Source: Nitrosopumilus sp. (GTDB lineage Archaea > Thermoproteota > Nitrososphaeria > Nitrososphaerales > Nitrosopumilaceae). Taken from it: 64,000 nt of DNA. Location: assembly GCA_965223425.1 (NCBI GenBank), contig OZ245003.1, positions 1,024,001 through 1,088,000 of the forward strand, in the 5' to 3' direction. Made by a program: the position numbers and the translations under genes. Position 1 is the stretch's first letter. Every line of letters starts with the position of its first letter. The notes below the pieces were generated by a model. That model worked only from the letters and a program-made list of their open reading frames with translations. It was not told where the DNA came from and searched no databases. Shown here in pieces: positions 10,001 to 21,402 of this stretch.

Positions 10001-13000
10001 GGTTTGCCTGCCCCGTGGGACACATCCGGCGCATCCCACGCATACACCACCCCGCTGTCATCGCTGATACCGCCCGTTCCAGTCAACAGCACCGTCACGG
10101 TGAACCCCGAAACTTACATGGCGGGCCTGACCTTCTCTGATGACGGCACCAGGCTGTTTGCCACAGACGCGCTGGACGGCTCTGTCATCCACGAGTTTGC
10201 GTTCTCCTCCCCGTGGAACGCCTCTGCTGAATCCTTTTCCTCGTACACTGCCCACTCTTTATCCCTGTCCGGCATCGGGCCCAACACGGATCTGCGCGGC
10301 ATTGACTTCTCGCCGGACGGTACCACCATGTACATCGCAAGTGACCTCAACGACCAGATACACGAGTTTTCCCTTACTGATGCGTGGAACGCCTCCTCTG
10401 CCTTCCCGACGCCGCACAGCATCTCTGCGCAGGGCCCCCGGGCAGACGCTGCAGATGTCACTGCAGGCATCGCCTTCTCCGCTGACGGCTCCCGCATGTT
10501 CGTGGCAGTGCCTGATAAAAACCTCATAAACGAGTTTGCGCTTTCAGAGGCCTGGAACATCTCAAGTGCCGCACACGCGGGATCATTCAGCCCAGGGCCG
10601 TCCGTATTCAGCGTCCTCCCCCCCGGTTCCCTGTCCTTTGTTGACGTGGAACTGCCGTTTGAGCCCTCTGACGTGGCCTTCTCCGCTGACGGCACCAGCA
10701 TGTTCGTGCTAGATGAGAGCGCAGGCGATGACTTTCCTGATTCGGTATCCGGCCTGACGCCCGCAGTAAAAGGGTACGCTCTGGCGCCCCCTGCCAAACC
10801 CTTTGATCCCGGGGCCCTCCCAAACCAGCTCGGGTCATTTGGGCTGCGTGAGGTCCAAAACACCCTGCCTGTGGCAAGGGCAGGCCCTGACGTCTTTGCA
10901 TATACGAACACGGCAGTGTCCCTTGACGGCACCGGCTCGTATGACGCAAACGGCGACACCCTGGCATACCTGTGGGAGCAGACTGGAGGCCCGGGGAACG
11001 TGGCACTGGATGATCACACCCTGCAAAAACCGGCGTTCATAGCACCTGCAGTGGCAGACTCGGGGCCCCCCATCGTACTGGAGTTCACGCTGACGGTAAG
11101 TGACGAAACAGGCAACGCAGACCGTGACACGGTGGCAGTAACGGTGCTTGCAGGCGTGGGTACGCCTGCTATAGTGTCTGCCAGCGTGGTCAGTGCGACG
11201 CAGTTTGAAATAGTGTATAACAAGGCAGTACACGGAAACAGCACCGATTACACCAACCTTGTAATTGACGGCAGGGGGCAGACAGTCGGTGTGGTGGCCG
11301 GCACCGGGACTGCAACTCACACCGTCTCATATTCCCCCTCTGATACAACGGCAACAACAACAACAGCGACTGATGCGACAGGCACCGTGGATATCGGCGC
11401 GGGAATTACCGATGCCCACGTGCCTGACATCTCGCTGGTTCCAGTTGTCGGCCAAACGCTGTCTGACGGCGTTGCCCCTACGCTGGTTTCTGCCAGGACG
11501 GGTCCTGCCTCAAACCAGATAGACGTCACCTTCTCTGAGGCTGTCCGCAGCGGCGCCTCTGATGACTTTGTCGGCTGGAGTGTATCGCTGGGAGACAACA
11601 ATGACAACTACAACACAGTCATTACAGTCACCGGCCTTGACGGTACCGGCAGCACTGCAACCCTGACGCTGCAAAAACCGGTCATGCCCAGTGACGCAAC
11701 GCCTGACGTAACGTACGATGCCGCTGCGGGGAGCGTCTCAGATGCGGCAGGCAACCCGCTGGCAACTGCAACTGTCACCGCTACTGCGGGACATCCTGCA
11801 GGTCTTCACATCCACCTGATCGGCGATGCCTTCCTATACCACCCGTACGGGGAACCGTACACCGACAAGGGCGTCCTGTGCCATGACGCAGACGGAAACG
11901 ACATAACTGACACCGGCGACTATGAAACCCTGCCATACCTGCAGCAGCTAAACAAGACCAACGTCAACCTTCATAAAGATACCGTTCTTAATTTTACCCA
12001 CCAATCCCAAAACGAGTACCGCCCATTTGATCCGCAGGAGGTAATATACAGGTGTGTCACCCCGCTTGGATCCGTAGAGGAGGGCAGGACCGTAGCCCTG
12101 CGTGATGAAACCCCTCCTGAAATCCGACTAAACGGGCCACGCGACGTGGATCTGGAGATAGGCAAGACATTTGATGAGACTGCCACGTGCACTGACGCTC
12201 CTCTCAAATACCAGAGAGAACGTCTAACCGGTGCCTTTTATCTGACTTTTACCATCTCTTCCCTCCCTGACGGGTACCAGGACACCGCAGGAGAGTACAC
12301 GATAAGCTACACATGTTCGGACTCTAAAGGCAACGACGCAGAGGATACAAGCAGGACGCTTCATGTAGGCACGCCTGACAACACGCCACCCGTGCTTGCA
12401 GTCAACCCCGGTGTGGTGACCACCCTGGAGAACGGCACGCATACCGTACGGCAGGATGTCGGCTTTGCAGCAGCAGGTGACGGCGGCCTGCAGACAGCAG
12501 TATCCTGCACGGACAACAGGGATGATACCCCCGCAATCACCCTTGATCCTGCCACGGTGGACACCTCGTCTGCTGGCACCCACGCCGTAACGTACTCCTG
12601 CACGGATGCTGCCGGCAATCCATCTAATACAGTCACAGTCACCTGGGATTTCGGTCCTGCAGCCCCCGTGCTTGCAGTAACGCCCGCAGACACCGCAGTC
12701 ACGCTTGCAATCAACGCATCATACAGCATCCCCACAGCATCCTGCACAGACCACAAAGACGGTGATATCACCAACACCGGGATTCTAACTGCCATCTCGT
12801 CTGGAGGCCAGTCAGTCGACGAAATAGACACCTCCTCTGCAGGCACCTACGATATAACGTACTCCTGCTCAGACTCTGACGGCAACACAGTAGAGCACAA
12901 CGTGACAGTCACAATCCGGGCTGCCACAACTGACAACACGCCGCCTCACATAGTGCTAAAGTCGCCGCCCCTGACACTGTTTGTTCCGGCCGGAGCCGCC

Positions 13001-15679
13001 TTTGCAGATGCCGATCCCGGCGCCTTCTGCATTGATGGCCAGGACGGACGCACAGACGAGGGAATCGACGTGGATGCCACCGCACTTGACACGGCCGTTC
13101 TTGGCAACCACACCGTGACGTACTCCTGCACGGATTCTGGCGGCCTCCGGTCTGACACCATATCAAGGCCAGTCAGCGTGTACGGATTCACCGTAAACGG
13201 GAACATCGCCGACTTTGCAACTGACATCACCACCTCTGATGTCTACGAGCCATACGCAATCCTAGACATTACGAATATCAAGAATGCGTCACCCAGCAAA
13301 AAGTATTACGATACAGACGGGCAAGACACTGCCCCCTTTAACGGAACAACGCTCCAGGCGGGAACCTGGAGCGTGACGTATGCCGTCTCTGGCCGCGACG
13401 ACGTGTCAAATCCGATCAACTTTGCAATCGAGGAGACCATAACCGTGGCTACTGCGACTGCACCGCCGGATGACAACGTCACCCCGACTGCGAGAATCAG
13501 CGCGCCTGCCACCGCAGACGAGGGAACACTGGTAACCCTTAACGGCACCGGCTCGACAGACACTGACGGCACCATATCATCATACGCATGGACCACCAAC
13601 GACACGTCCATCACAATAACAAACCCCTCTCAGGCAACTGCATCATTTACGGCGCCTAATGTCACAAAAGACACCCGGCTAGTCATCACGCTGGATGTAA
13701 CTGACAACAAAAACGCTCCAGGCTCTGCACAGCACACCATGACCATAACCAATGTAAACCAGCTACCGGACGGTACACCTGACACCACGCCTCCAACCTT
13801 TACGGTAAACGGCAACGCAGGCGACTTTGCGACGTCCCTAACAGAAGGCCAGACCTACACGGAGGGCACGATAGGCAACATCATAGAGGCTGACAGCCCT
13901 CCGACCGACCAGGGGACAAGGTACTATAACGGCACCGGCGATGCTGCCACCATCATCACTGCCGAAAACGAGATCGACTCCATTAACGGTACCCAGCCTG
14001 CAGTCGGAAGCTACACCGTACAGTACAGCGTCTCTGACTCGGCCGTTCCGCCAAACACCCACACAATCACAGAGACGGTAACTGTGGGTGAGGCATCAGT
14101 GATTGCACCACCTCCACCACCTTCTCCTCCTCCTTCCAACACGCCACCAACCATTACGCTTAACGGCAATTCCACAGTAACGGTAAAAGAGAGTCTACCG
14201 GGGGAGGAGGATCCACTGTACGATGATCCCGGTGCCACCTGCACGGACAGCGAGGACGCCGACGCTGAAGGCTATCCTGAACTGAAGACAGGCGGCGACA
14301 CCGTACGCACCTCCGTCCCCGGCACATACGCCATCACGTACTACTGCCTGGACTCTGACGGAGACAGGTCAGAGACCCTGACCAGGGAAGTCACAGTCAC
14401 AGAAGAAAAGCCCAAGCTCGCACTTGACGGCCCTAACCTCGTATCCCTGCCAATTGGGGCGTCATCTGACATGATCAATAACATAAACTTGAACGCCACC
14501 TGCACGGATCCGCAGGAAGGCACCATTAATGACAGAATCGAGGTGCAACTGCTGTTCGGCAACCAAACGTCAATTGATACGGTAAATGACATATCGGACA
14601 TATCGGATATACGGAACCAAATCAAGACCGACCAGCGCGTCACCTACGAGATAGAGTACTCCTGCACAGATCGCAACGACGGACGCTCAGCCGAACCTGC
14701 CATCATAAAAGTCGAGGTGGGCAGATCCGGCGGCGGCGGTGGCAGCAGCGGAGACGTCTCTGCCCCCTCAATCCGCACGGGCTTTGATGCGGGCCAGTAC
14801 CCCCTGGTATACGACGGGGTAAAGTACGGCCCTGACACGATTGACTCGCCCCACACTGCCACGATACGCGCAGGCAGCGGCGAGAGGCTTCTCAGCACCC
14901 TCACAGTATACGAGAACGGCGGGGCGCAAAACGTACAACACGTCGACATGTTTGTCGCACACGACGGCAGGACAATACACAACGACGGCACGGAAACCCA
15001 CGTGACATACGATTCGGGCAACGTCCGGATAACTGATCCGCACGGCCTGATTGCCAGCGCCACTGTGGATGCGTCTGCCCTCGACGCCACAAAGGCGCAG
15101 TTTGAGTTTGCCATAACCTTTGCCAAAAAGGTCCCGCTCTCTGACGTGCTGTACCGCCTGTGGGACACCGGCAGAAACGCGCTTTACATCCACCTTGAGG
15201 ACGCCCTTGTGGTGTCTGAGGGAAGGAAAGGCGGAGGCGGAGGTAGCAGTGGCGGCAGCAGCAGCGGTAGCAGCAGCAGCAGTGGCGGAGGCGGAGGCGG
15301 CGGCGGCAGTAGCAGCAGCAGTACTGCCACCCCAGCCACCGGCAGCGGCAACGGCACAACCACAACAACCACCACCACCGCTGGCAACGGCACCGCAGCT
15401 GACACTGCAGACAAACAGCAACCACAACAACAACAACCCCTACAAGGCTTTACCGCAGAACAGCTTGACACCCTAAAGCAGTGGGGCGGATTTGCGTCCC
15501 AGTCCGCATCTGACTCGCAGCTTTTAGCCCAGTTCGGAATAGAGGGCACCAGCATACCCCCATACTTTAAGCAGACAGCAAAGTGGTTCCTTGATGCAGA
15601 TGACGGCGGTGACGGCCTGACTGCGCAGGAGTTTGTCGCAGCGCTGTCGTACCTTGGGCAGCGCGGGCTGCTAAACTAG
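7061..15679 (+). CDS. Giant secreted/surface protein (LVIVD-like propeller, DUF5011/HYR-like Ig repeats, second propeller, PKD-like domains, thaumarchaeal C-terminal domain)
   Basis: 2872-aa ORF with signal peptide; 7x GVQIxxIT.PANP; repeated DTxPP.I.L.G..YxEPGAxC modules; ARAGPD..LDGTGSYD PKD-like motif; C-terminal IPPYFKQTAKWF...EFVAALSYL; visibly GC-richer than its flanks. Confidence 0.9.
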   Translation: MQRLIKPPLLATVAAATALVLLIPLCIPFADATIDSPVPVASVTDGQTHSNGQTFDELAGARAITTVKIGTSIYALVAAFDDHGVQIINITNPANPVPTASFDDGDRVTVDGTTKTFDELGSATFITTVKISSNTYALVAGGLDRGVQIVDITDPANPVPTASFDDGDTVTVDGTPKTFHELRDINGITIVTIGTSTYALATAGIDDGVQIVDITDPANPVPTASFDDGDTVTVNGTPKTFDELNGARAITTVTIDSSTYALVASGDDDGVQIINITNPANPVPTASFDDGDTVTVDGETKTFDELNGAWDITAVKIDTSIYALVASDDDHGVQIIEITNPANPIPTASFDDGDTVTVDGTPKTFDELRGAEGITTVKIGTSTYALVAAWNDDGVQIINITNPANPVPTASFDDGDTVPIAGATRTFDTLKRAYGITTVTIGSGTYALVAAEADHGVQIVDISARTIPGQTTPVIKLFGVNPHLMELGGANYTESGATCNDADGTDLTSKVIINSDSVNRLAVGEYQVTYDCAADDSGSDSSRADTMIRKVAVRDTVKPAFVVDEHDADYTTTINLGGIYVAGTILNVTDRDQFTQSTENAETVNTDSPGTYYVTYTVTDASGNSHTITETVIIFDPRPPAITLNGDNPYFVEWGSGYDEPGAVCIDGAGDDTLSPENLVINFTAPVDALTVGFYEVSYYCTDPDTNIHTGPVVRPVTVRDTVSPVIVDASMLGAGTIVLTYSEPVDVKSDATDGSGFGLSDGGGTVHFNSDPAGAANKITLGISGRNGSTADPPDITYDSESGGSVEDTNGNAAHTGTFDGTIDMAPPIPKSARTSNSTAIHIGLSEAVADAGVAPGDFALSVAPSAVTPVNATVHAGDDDNLHAAPHVTSVSVDGSRITLLLNGTLHGNQDVKVSYQKGGSIGTGTGSGGTINDLSGGTTLAGSVPIGQQADFPVAMTLSKDGTTIFVLDFFNSLHAYGLPAPWDTSGASHAYTTPLSSLIPPVPVNSTVTVNPETYMAGLTFSDDGTRLFATDALDGSVIHEFAFSSPWNASAESFSSYTAHSLSLSGIGPNTDLRGIDFSPDGTTMYIASDLNDQIHEFSLTDAWNASSAFPTPHSISAQGPRADAADVTAGIAFSADGSRMFVAVPDKNLINEFALSEAWNISSAAHAGSFSPGPSVFSVLPPGSLSFVDVELPFEPSDVAFSADGTSMFVLDESAGDDFPDSVSGLTPAVKGYALAPPAKPFDPGALPNQLGSFGLREVQNTLPVARAGPDVFAYTNTAVSLDGTGSYDANGDTLAYLWEQTGGPGNVALDDHTLQKPAFIAPAVADSGPPIVLEFTLTVSDETGNADRDTVAVTVLAGVGTPAIVSASVVSATQFEIVYNKAVHGNSTDYTNLVIDGRGQTVGVVAGTGTATHTVSYSPSDTTATTTTATDATGTVDIGAGITDAHVPDISLVPVVGQTLSDGVAPTLVSARTGPASNQIDVTFSEAVRSGASDDFVGWSVSLGDNNDNYNTVITVTGLDGTGSTATLTLQKPVMPSDATPDVTYDAAAGSVSDAAGNPLATATVTATAGHPAGLHIHLIGDAFLYHPYGEPYTDKGVLCHDADGNDITDTGDYETLPYLQQLNKTNVNLHKDTVLNFTHQSQNEYRPFDPQEVIYRCVTPLGSVEEGRTVALRDETPPEIRLNGPRDVDLEIGKTFDETATCTDAPLKYQRERLTGAFYLTFTISSLPDGYQDTAGEYTISYTCSDSKGNDAEDTSRTLHVGTPDNTPPVLAVNPGVVTTLENGTHTVRQDVGFAAAGDGGLQTAVSCTDNRDDTPAITLDPATVDTSSAGTHAVTYSCTDAAGNPSNTVTVTWDFGPAAPVLAVTPADTAVTLAINASYSIPTASCTDHKDGDITNTGILTAISSGGQSVDEIDTSSAGTYDITYSCSDSDGNTVEHNVTVTIRAATTDNTPPHIVLKSPPLTLFVPAGAAFADADPGAFCIDGQDGRTDEGIDVDATALDTAVLGNHTVTYSCTDSGGLRSDTISRPVSVYGFTVNGNIADFATDITTSDVYEPYAILDITNIKNASPSKKYYDTDGQDTAPFNGTTLQAGTWSVTYAVSGRDDVSNPINFAIEETITVATATAPPDDNVTPTARISAPATADEGTLVTLNGTGSTDTDGTISSYAWTTNDTSITITNPSQATASFTAPNVTKDTRLVITLDVTDNKNAPGSAQHTMTITNVNQLPDGTPDTTPPTFTVNGNAGDFATSLTEGQTYTEGTIGNIIEADSPPTDQGTRYYNGTGDAATIITAENEIDSINGTQPAVGSYTVQYSVSDSAVPPNTHTITETVTVGEASVIAPPPPPSPPPSNTPPTITLNGNSTVTVKESLPGEEDPLYDDPGATCTDSEDADAEGYPELKTGGDTVRTSVPGTYAITYYCLDSDGDRSETLTREVTVTEEKPKLALDGPNLVSLPIGASSDMINNINLNATCTDPQEGTINDRIEVQLLFGNQTSIDTVNDISDISDIRNQIKTDQRVTYEIEYSCTDRNDGRSAEPAIIKVEVGRSGGGGGSSGDVSAPSIRTGFDAGQYPLVYDGVKYGPDTIDSPHTATIRAGSGERLLSTLTVYENGGAQNVQHVDMFVAHDGRTIHNDGTETHVTYDSGNVRITDPHGLIASATVDASALDATKAQFEFAITFAKKVPLSDVLYRLWDTGRNALYIHLEDALVVSEGRKGGGGGSSGGSSSGSSSSSGGGGGGGGSSSSSTATPATGSGNGTTTTTTTTAGNGTAADTADKQQPQQQQPLQGFTAEQLDTLKQWGGFASQSASDSQLLAQFGIEGTSIPPYFKQTAKWFLDADDGGDGLTAQEFVAALSYLGQRGLLN
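7163..8449 (+). repeat. Seven tandem ~186-bp (62-aa) intragenic repeats
   Basis: GGCGTCCAGAT recurs at 7310, 7496, 7682, 7868 and onward with a 186-bp period. Confidence 0.95.
15230..15440 (+). repeat. Low-complexity trinucleotide tracts encoding a G/S/T/Q linker
   Basis: GGC/AGC/ACC/CAA runs. Confidence 0.85.
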
Positions 15680-15747
15680 GGACGCCAATAACAACGACAC
15701 CCCGCCCAATCAAGGACAGAACGGCCAGCTGCACGGCTAACTGCCAG

Positions 15748-16212
15748 GTGAGATTGGAGAATCTTCAACGTATCCGGATCCTGCAATTGCGACCAGGGCC
15801 TGGTGTTATAGCTTTTGCAGTCGGTCATGACAGTATTGCTGTTTTCAATGTGCCTGGAGGTGATGACACATCTCAAATGAGAATGATTCGGGAACCCTCT
15901 TGCCATATCCTGAATTTAATGCCAAAGAAACAAGCCGTCCTCCCATCTGACACCGTAACCCACGAGCTGGTGCGGGCATACAAGACAAGCGACGTGCGGA
16001 CTGACCAGTTCGGTTACACCTGGACGAAAAACTCGTACGGCACGTGGTACTACCTTGAGGGTCCCACACCCCACACCGGCACTGCCTGCACTGACGTCAA
16101 CAACAGGCTGTGCGACGCGTTTGCCGCAAAGATGGCAGGGCACACGGCGCTCATGGAGCAGCTGCGCGATGCGGAGTACGGTGCTGACGTGTACAAAGGC
16201 GGCAAAAGATAG
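15748..16212 (+). pseudogene. Probable remnant of another GC-rich gene (3' half coding-like)
   Basis: From ~15935 the codon style matches the giant gene (TDQFGYTWTKNSYGTWYY...); the 5' part is AT-richer and starts at GTG. Confidence 0.45.
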
Positions 16213-16246
16213 CAGTAGCGGTAGCTTTTTGCGTTTTCTCAAAAAA

Positions 16247-16326
16247 TAGTCTGTTGCACAACCACGCCTAAACTAGTAAAAACAACGAGATTTTTGTACT
16301 TGAAATTGAAGTTATGCAACAGACTA
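16247..16326. mobile_element. 80-bp MITE-like element
   Basis: TAGTCTGTTGCACAAC ... GTTATGCAACAGACTA inverted repeats (15/16). Confidence 0.75.
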
Positions 16327-16375
16327 CTATATTATAAAGTTTAATATACTGAGTTTTGATTCGATCGATCGGATT

Positions 16376-18493
16376 ATGGTTACAGTTAAGAAAATTTTTG
16401 ATGAAACTATCCAAACTGATCACAAAGTCATTACTGAGGAATCATCCAAATCTATTCTCAAAACTTATGGTGTTAAAGTTCCGCCTTTTGCACTAGTTAC
16501 ATCTGCTGAAGAGGCAGCAAAACAGGCAAAGAAAATTGGTTTTCCACTTGTAATGAAAGTAGTTTCACCACAAATCTTACACAAAACTGATGTTGGTGGG
16601 GTTAAAGTTGGATTAGACAATGTCAACGATGTAAAAAAGACATTCAATGACATGTATGGCCGCCTTTCAAAAAAGAAGGGAGTTCAAGTCAAAGGAATTC
16701 TTCTTGAAAAGATGGTTCCAAAAGGTGTTGAACTAATTGTAGGTATTCAAAACGACTCACAATTCGGTCCAATCATTATGGCAGGACTTGGAGGAATTAT
16801 GACAGAAGTTATGAAAGATGTTGCATTTAGAATGCTTCCAATTTCTACATCTGATGCAAAGTCTATGATAAACGAACTCAAAGGTTCGAAACTTCTCAAA
16901 GGATTCAGAGGAAGCGAGCCAATTGATCTCAATATGGTTGCAAAAATGTTGGTACAAATTGGAAAACTAGGCGTTGATAATGCTGATTATATCAACAGTA
17001 TTGACTTTAACCCTGTCATCGTATATCCAAAATCACACTATGTTGTAGATGCAAAAATCATACTAAATAACAAAATAAAAAAGAATTCTATTTCAAAAGC
17101 AAAACCAAACAAGGAATCTATGGAGAAATTTTTCACTCCAAAGTCCGTCGCACTGGTAGGGGCATCTGCAACTCCTGGAAAGATTGGCAATTCTGTATTG
17201 GATGCTCTTGGAAAACAAGATTACAAAGGTAAAGTGTATCCAATTAATCCTAAACAAAAGTCAATTCTTGGAATCAAATGTTATCCGTCATTGGATGCAA
17301 TACCTGCAAAGGTTGATCTGGTTGTTGTCTGTATTGATCTTGCAGAATGCGGGCCTATTATGAAAATATGCGCTAAAAAAGGAATCCATAATGTTGTAAT
17401 AGTCTCTGGTGGCGGCAAAGAGCTTGGCGGTGACAGAGCTGCAATGGAGGCTGAGGTAAGAGAATTGTCTCTAAAGCACAAAATCCGCGTGGTTGGCCCT
17501 AATTGTATTGGGATGTTCAACGCTGCAAACCGTCTTGACTGTGCATTCCAAGGACAAGAAAGAATGGTACGTTCAAAATTAGGAAATGTTGCATTTTTCT
17601 CACAAAGTGGAACCATGGGAATTAGCATGTTAGAAAGTGCCGACGTGTTTGGCTTGTCAAAAATGATCAGTTATGGCAATCGCTCTGACGTTGATGAAGC
17701 AGATATGATATGGTATGCGGCAAGTGATCCCCAAACAAAAGTAATTGGATTATACGTTGAAGGCTTTGGAGATGGAAGAAAATTCATCAAAACTGCAAAG
17801 CGTGTAATGAAAGAAAGGAAGAAACCAATCGTTATTTGGAAGAGTGGAAGAACCGCTCTTGGTGCTAAACAGGCAGCATCACATACAGGCTCTCTTGGTG
17901 GTTCAAATGCAATCATTATGGGCACATTCAAACAGGCAGGAATTATCTCAGTTGATAGTTATCAAGAACTGGCTGGAGTCTTAAAGGCACTAGCATGGCA
18001 GCCTCCTGCCAAGGGTAATCGCGTTGCTATGACTAGTAATGGTGCCGGTCCGATGATTGGCGGAATGGATCATTTAGAAAGACTGGGTCTTACAATAGGA
18101 AAGCTGTCACCACAACTTCTCAAAAAAATGAAGGCTCGTTTTCCACCAACTGTTCCTATTCATAGCGGTAATCCAGCAGATGTAGGTGGTGGCGCAACTG
18201 CCGATGACTATAGATTTGTCATTCAGCAGTTTTTTGATGAAAAGAATATTGATATTGCCATGCCATGGTTTGTCTTCCAAGATGATCCACTTGAAGAAAC
18301 AATTGTCGGTCATCTAGCTGATTTCTCAAAGAAAAAGATGAAACCGCTTGTAGTTGGCTGTAACGGCGGCCCATATACTGAAAAAATGATAAAATTAGTT
18401 GAGAAACACAACGTTCCAGTTTACCAAGACCTTCGAACTTGGGTTGCAGTTGCGTCTGCATTGGCCCAATGGGGCAAAGTACGCGGAAAATAG
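16376..18493 (+). CDS. ADP-forming acyl-CoA synthetase, likely 3-hydroxypropionyl-CoA synthetase of the 3HP/4HB cycle
   Basis: ATP-grasp N-terminus (HKTDVGGV), CoA-binding region (GPNCIG, SQSG, ASHTGSL phospho-His); lies near an enoyl-CoA hydratase, like the known Nitrosopumilus gene pair. Confidence 0.85.
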   Translation: MVTVKKIFDETIQTDHKVITEESSKSILKTYGVKVPPFALVTSAEEAAKQAKKIGFPLVMKVVSPQILHKTDVGGVKVGLDNVNDVKKTFNDMYGRLSKKKGVQVKGILLEKMVPKGVELIVGIQNDSQFGPIIMAGLGGIMTEVMKDVAFRMLPISTSDAKSMINELKGSKLLKGFRGSEPIDLNMVAKMLVQIGKLGVDNADYINSIDFNPVIVYPKSHYVVDAKIILNNKIKKNSISKAKPNKESMEKFFTPKSVALVGASATPGKIGNSVLDALGKQDYKGKVYPINPKQKSILGIKCYPSLDAIPAKVDLVVVCIDLAECGPIMKICAKKGIHNVVIVSGGGKELGGDRAAMEAEVRELSLKHKIRVVGPNCIGMFNAANRLDCAFQGQERMVRSKLGNVAFFSQSGTMGISMLESADVFGLSKMISYGNRSDVDEADMIWYAASDPQTKVIGLYVEGFGDGRKFIKTAKRVMKERKKPIVIWKSGRTALGAKQAASHTGSLGGSNAIIMGTFKQAGIISVDSYQELAGVLKALAWQPPAKGNRVAMTSNGAGPMIGGMDHLERLGLTIGKLSPQLLKKMKARFPPTVPIHSGNPADVGGGATADDYRFVIQQFFDEKNIDIAMPWFVFQDDPLEETIVGHLADFSKKKMKPLVVGCNGGPYTEKMIKLVEKHNVPVYQDLRTWVAVASALAQWGKVRGK

Positions 18494-18659
18494 AGAGTTC
18501 TGCGTAATCTACGTTTGGCAATTCTTCGTGTTTACTTTTGTTTGGTGAATGTGATGACTAAAACATTATCTAATTGTAAATTCTGGAACCTTGGCAATAC
18601 CCTGAACTAGCATTGTATATACCGTCAATTTTTGTCATGGTTACAAAACATGCTACCGT

Positions 18660-19013
18660 CTAGTTTTTCATTTTTGTCTTCTTCTTTTGCAATTGCCCGT
18701 CAATTCTTCGTGAGGCAATTGCAGAAATCAGCTTGTCAATGTATGCTGCCTGAGTTGATTTCATGTTAAATTGAAACATTGTGGCATTGCCTATGATTCT
18801 AGTCTGTGTTACTACGTCTTGGGACTCTAACTTTTTGATTCCAGACAATGCAGTCTTGAATGACACGCCGGAGTTTTTTGCAATATCTGATACAGAGTAA
18901 TCCCATTCCTTGTAGGTGGATAGAAAATCTAGGATCTTGGAGCTGGCAACTGGAAACATGCTCTCTAGTGGTCCATCCGGCATTGCTTTGTTCTTTGATT
19001 TTGTTCTTATCAT
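18660..19013 (-). CDS. Winged-helix transcription regulator
   Basis: KILDFL..DYSVSDIAKNSGVSFKT..IKKL..TRIIGNATMF. Confidence 0.8.
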   Translation of the reverse strand: MIRTKSKNKAMPDGPLESMFPVASSKILDFLSTYKEWDYSVSDIAKNSGVSFKTALSGIKKLESQDVVTQTRIIGNATMFQFNMKSTQAAYIDKLISAIASRRIDGQLQKKKTKMKN

Positions 19014-19116
19014 GTCTTATGCACACTAGTATGCCATACTATATTATATTAAATTACTGTTTACTATATAATTTACTACATATACTTCTTATATGCAGTT
19101 TTCGTATAGTGAAGCT

Positions 19117-19368
19117 ATGAGGCAAAACAACATCCCGGTTTGGATTCTGCAAAAAATGTTTAGAAACAGAATCATCTGTGCAAAACACATATCGCTAGAA
19201 GATCTAAAGACTGGATTGCCTTCACATGTAAAGGATGGCATCGGTAAGGAATTAAAAAAACTAGTCAAACCAAACCTGCTGCTGACTCATCCCACATCTT
19301 ATGGCATGCAGTATCATCTAAACCCTCAAAAAATCAATGAAATCAAAAAGATTCTAAAAATCTCATGA
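19117..19368 (+). CDS. Small basic wHTH-like hypothetical protein
   Basis: KHISLEDLKTGLPSH..KELKKLVK..HPTSYGMQYHLNP; start uncertain. Confidence 0.65.
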   Translation: MRQNNIPVWILQKMFRNRIICAKHISLEDLKTGLPSHVKDGIGKELKKLVKPNLLLTHPTSYGMQYHLNPQKINEIKKILKIS

Positions 19369-19533
19369 TGTCTTCCTTCTGTTGGCGTGTTTGCCCATCT
19401 TTTCCATACAAGTCAAGATGGGTGAATATGCCTTGTATTTGGATCTGCTTGATCGTGTTTTGTTCTTAAAATGATCAGTTTGGCCTATTCAAAATATACA
19501 ATCCCATCTACTGCAAATAGAGAGAACATTTAA

Positions 19534-20319
<786 letters not shown>

Positions 20320-20411
20320 CCATTCCCTTTCTATTTTATTTTTTTATTTTATTTTTTTATTTTACAGTAACTAATTCAACTATCCACGGATGGAATGAGC
20401 AGAAGTAATTG

Positions 20412-20783
20412 TAGACTTTATGCATGATTGAATCATAAAAATTTTTCCGAAAGACTTGGATCTATTTTGATCGCCGCAACAGGTAATGGAATCTCCAGAA
20501 CAGGCGATACGCAGGCTGCAAAGGGGCTCAAGCAGAACAACGCAGCAATCAAGCAGAGCAACAGAGCAACCAAGCAGAAGGACACAGAAATCAGCAGGTG
20601 CGAGAAGACAGTCGGCTTGCTACGCGAGCAGCAGCTGCTGCGCGAGGACAGCCTGTAGGCCGCTACAGATGCAGGCCGCTCTGATACGGACACGTCGCCG
20701 CCGCTGCCGCCGCACAGCAGGGTGGTGATCCGCGGCATACTGCATAGCAGCGCAAAGCTTGCAGGGATTACCGTATGACCTTG
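20412..20783 (+). mobile_element. Truncated left end of IS element E (ISL2/IS5-like)
   Basis: Starts with TIR TAGACTTTATGCATGATTGA; closely matches the reverse complement of ~37140-37548, frameshifted. Confidence 0.85.
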
Positions 20784-20898
20784 GAGGCAGATATCAATGA
20801 TTGACGGCCATGACAAAAAGCGACATGATTCTCGTATAATACACCGTGTGGGATGGGTGAAAAGCTTATTATAATTTGAGCCAGCTTTTTTGTTTATA

Positions 20899-21249
20899 AT
20901 GGCAACTGAACAAACACAAAAGATGATCACAGTCACTGCAAAAGCAGCTGAGAAAATCAAAGAATTCATGAAAGAAGAAGCAGAGGCCCCTGAATACCTT
21001 AGGGTATACGTTCAAGGTGGCGGCTGTTCTGGCCTGTCTTACGGAATGGGCTTTGAAAAAGCGCCAGAAGAAGATGACATCGTCATGGAAGAAAACGGGG
21101 TAAAACTCCTAGTTGACAGCTACAGTGTTGACCATCTACAAGGTGCAAACGTAGACTATATTGAAAGCCTGATGGGATCTGGATTCAAGATCAACAATCC
21201 AAATGTTACAAAATCCTGTTCATGTGGTCACTCATTTAGCACTGAATAA
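20899..21249 (+). CDS. iscA: A-type Fe-S carrier (HesB/IscA/ErpA family)
   Basis: GGGCSGLSY ... NPN...SCSCGHSF. Confidence 0.95.
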   Translation: MATEQTQKMITVTAKAAEKIKEFMKEEAEAPEYLRVYVQGGGCSGLSYGMGFEKAPEEDDIVMEENGVKLLVDSYSVDHLQGANVDYIESLMGSGFKINNPNVTKSCSCGHSFSTE

Positions 21250-21402
21250 GCAACTATTATTTCTCATTTTTAGATTTCTCTAGCGACTGCTATGCACTCA
21301 GATTACTTGAAAAATTTTGTATTTTTAGTGCAAATTTTTGCGATACCCTCATATACCGAAAGCAGAAACCACAATTATGATAATTAAGGAGATGAATAGT
21401 TT

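Noticed and set aside
7010-15555. Numerous minus-strand ORFs over the giant gene
   Set aside because: Antisense shadows of a GC-rich repetitive CDS.
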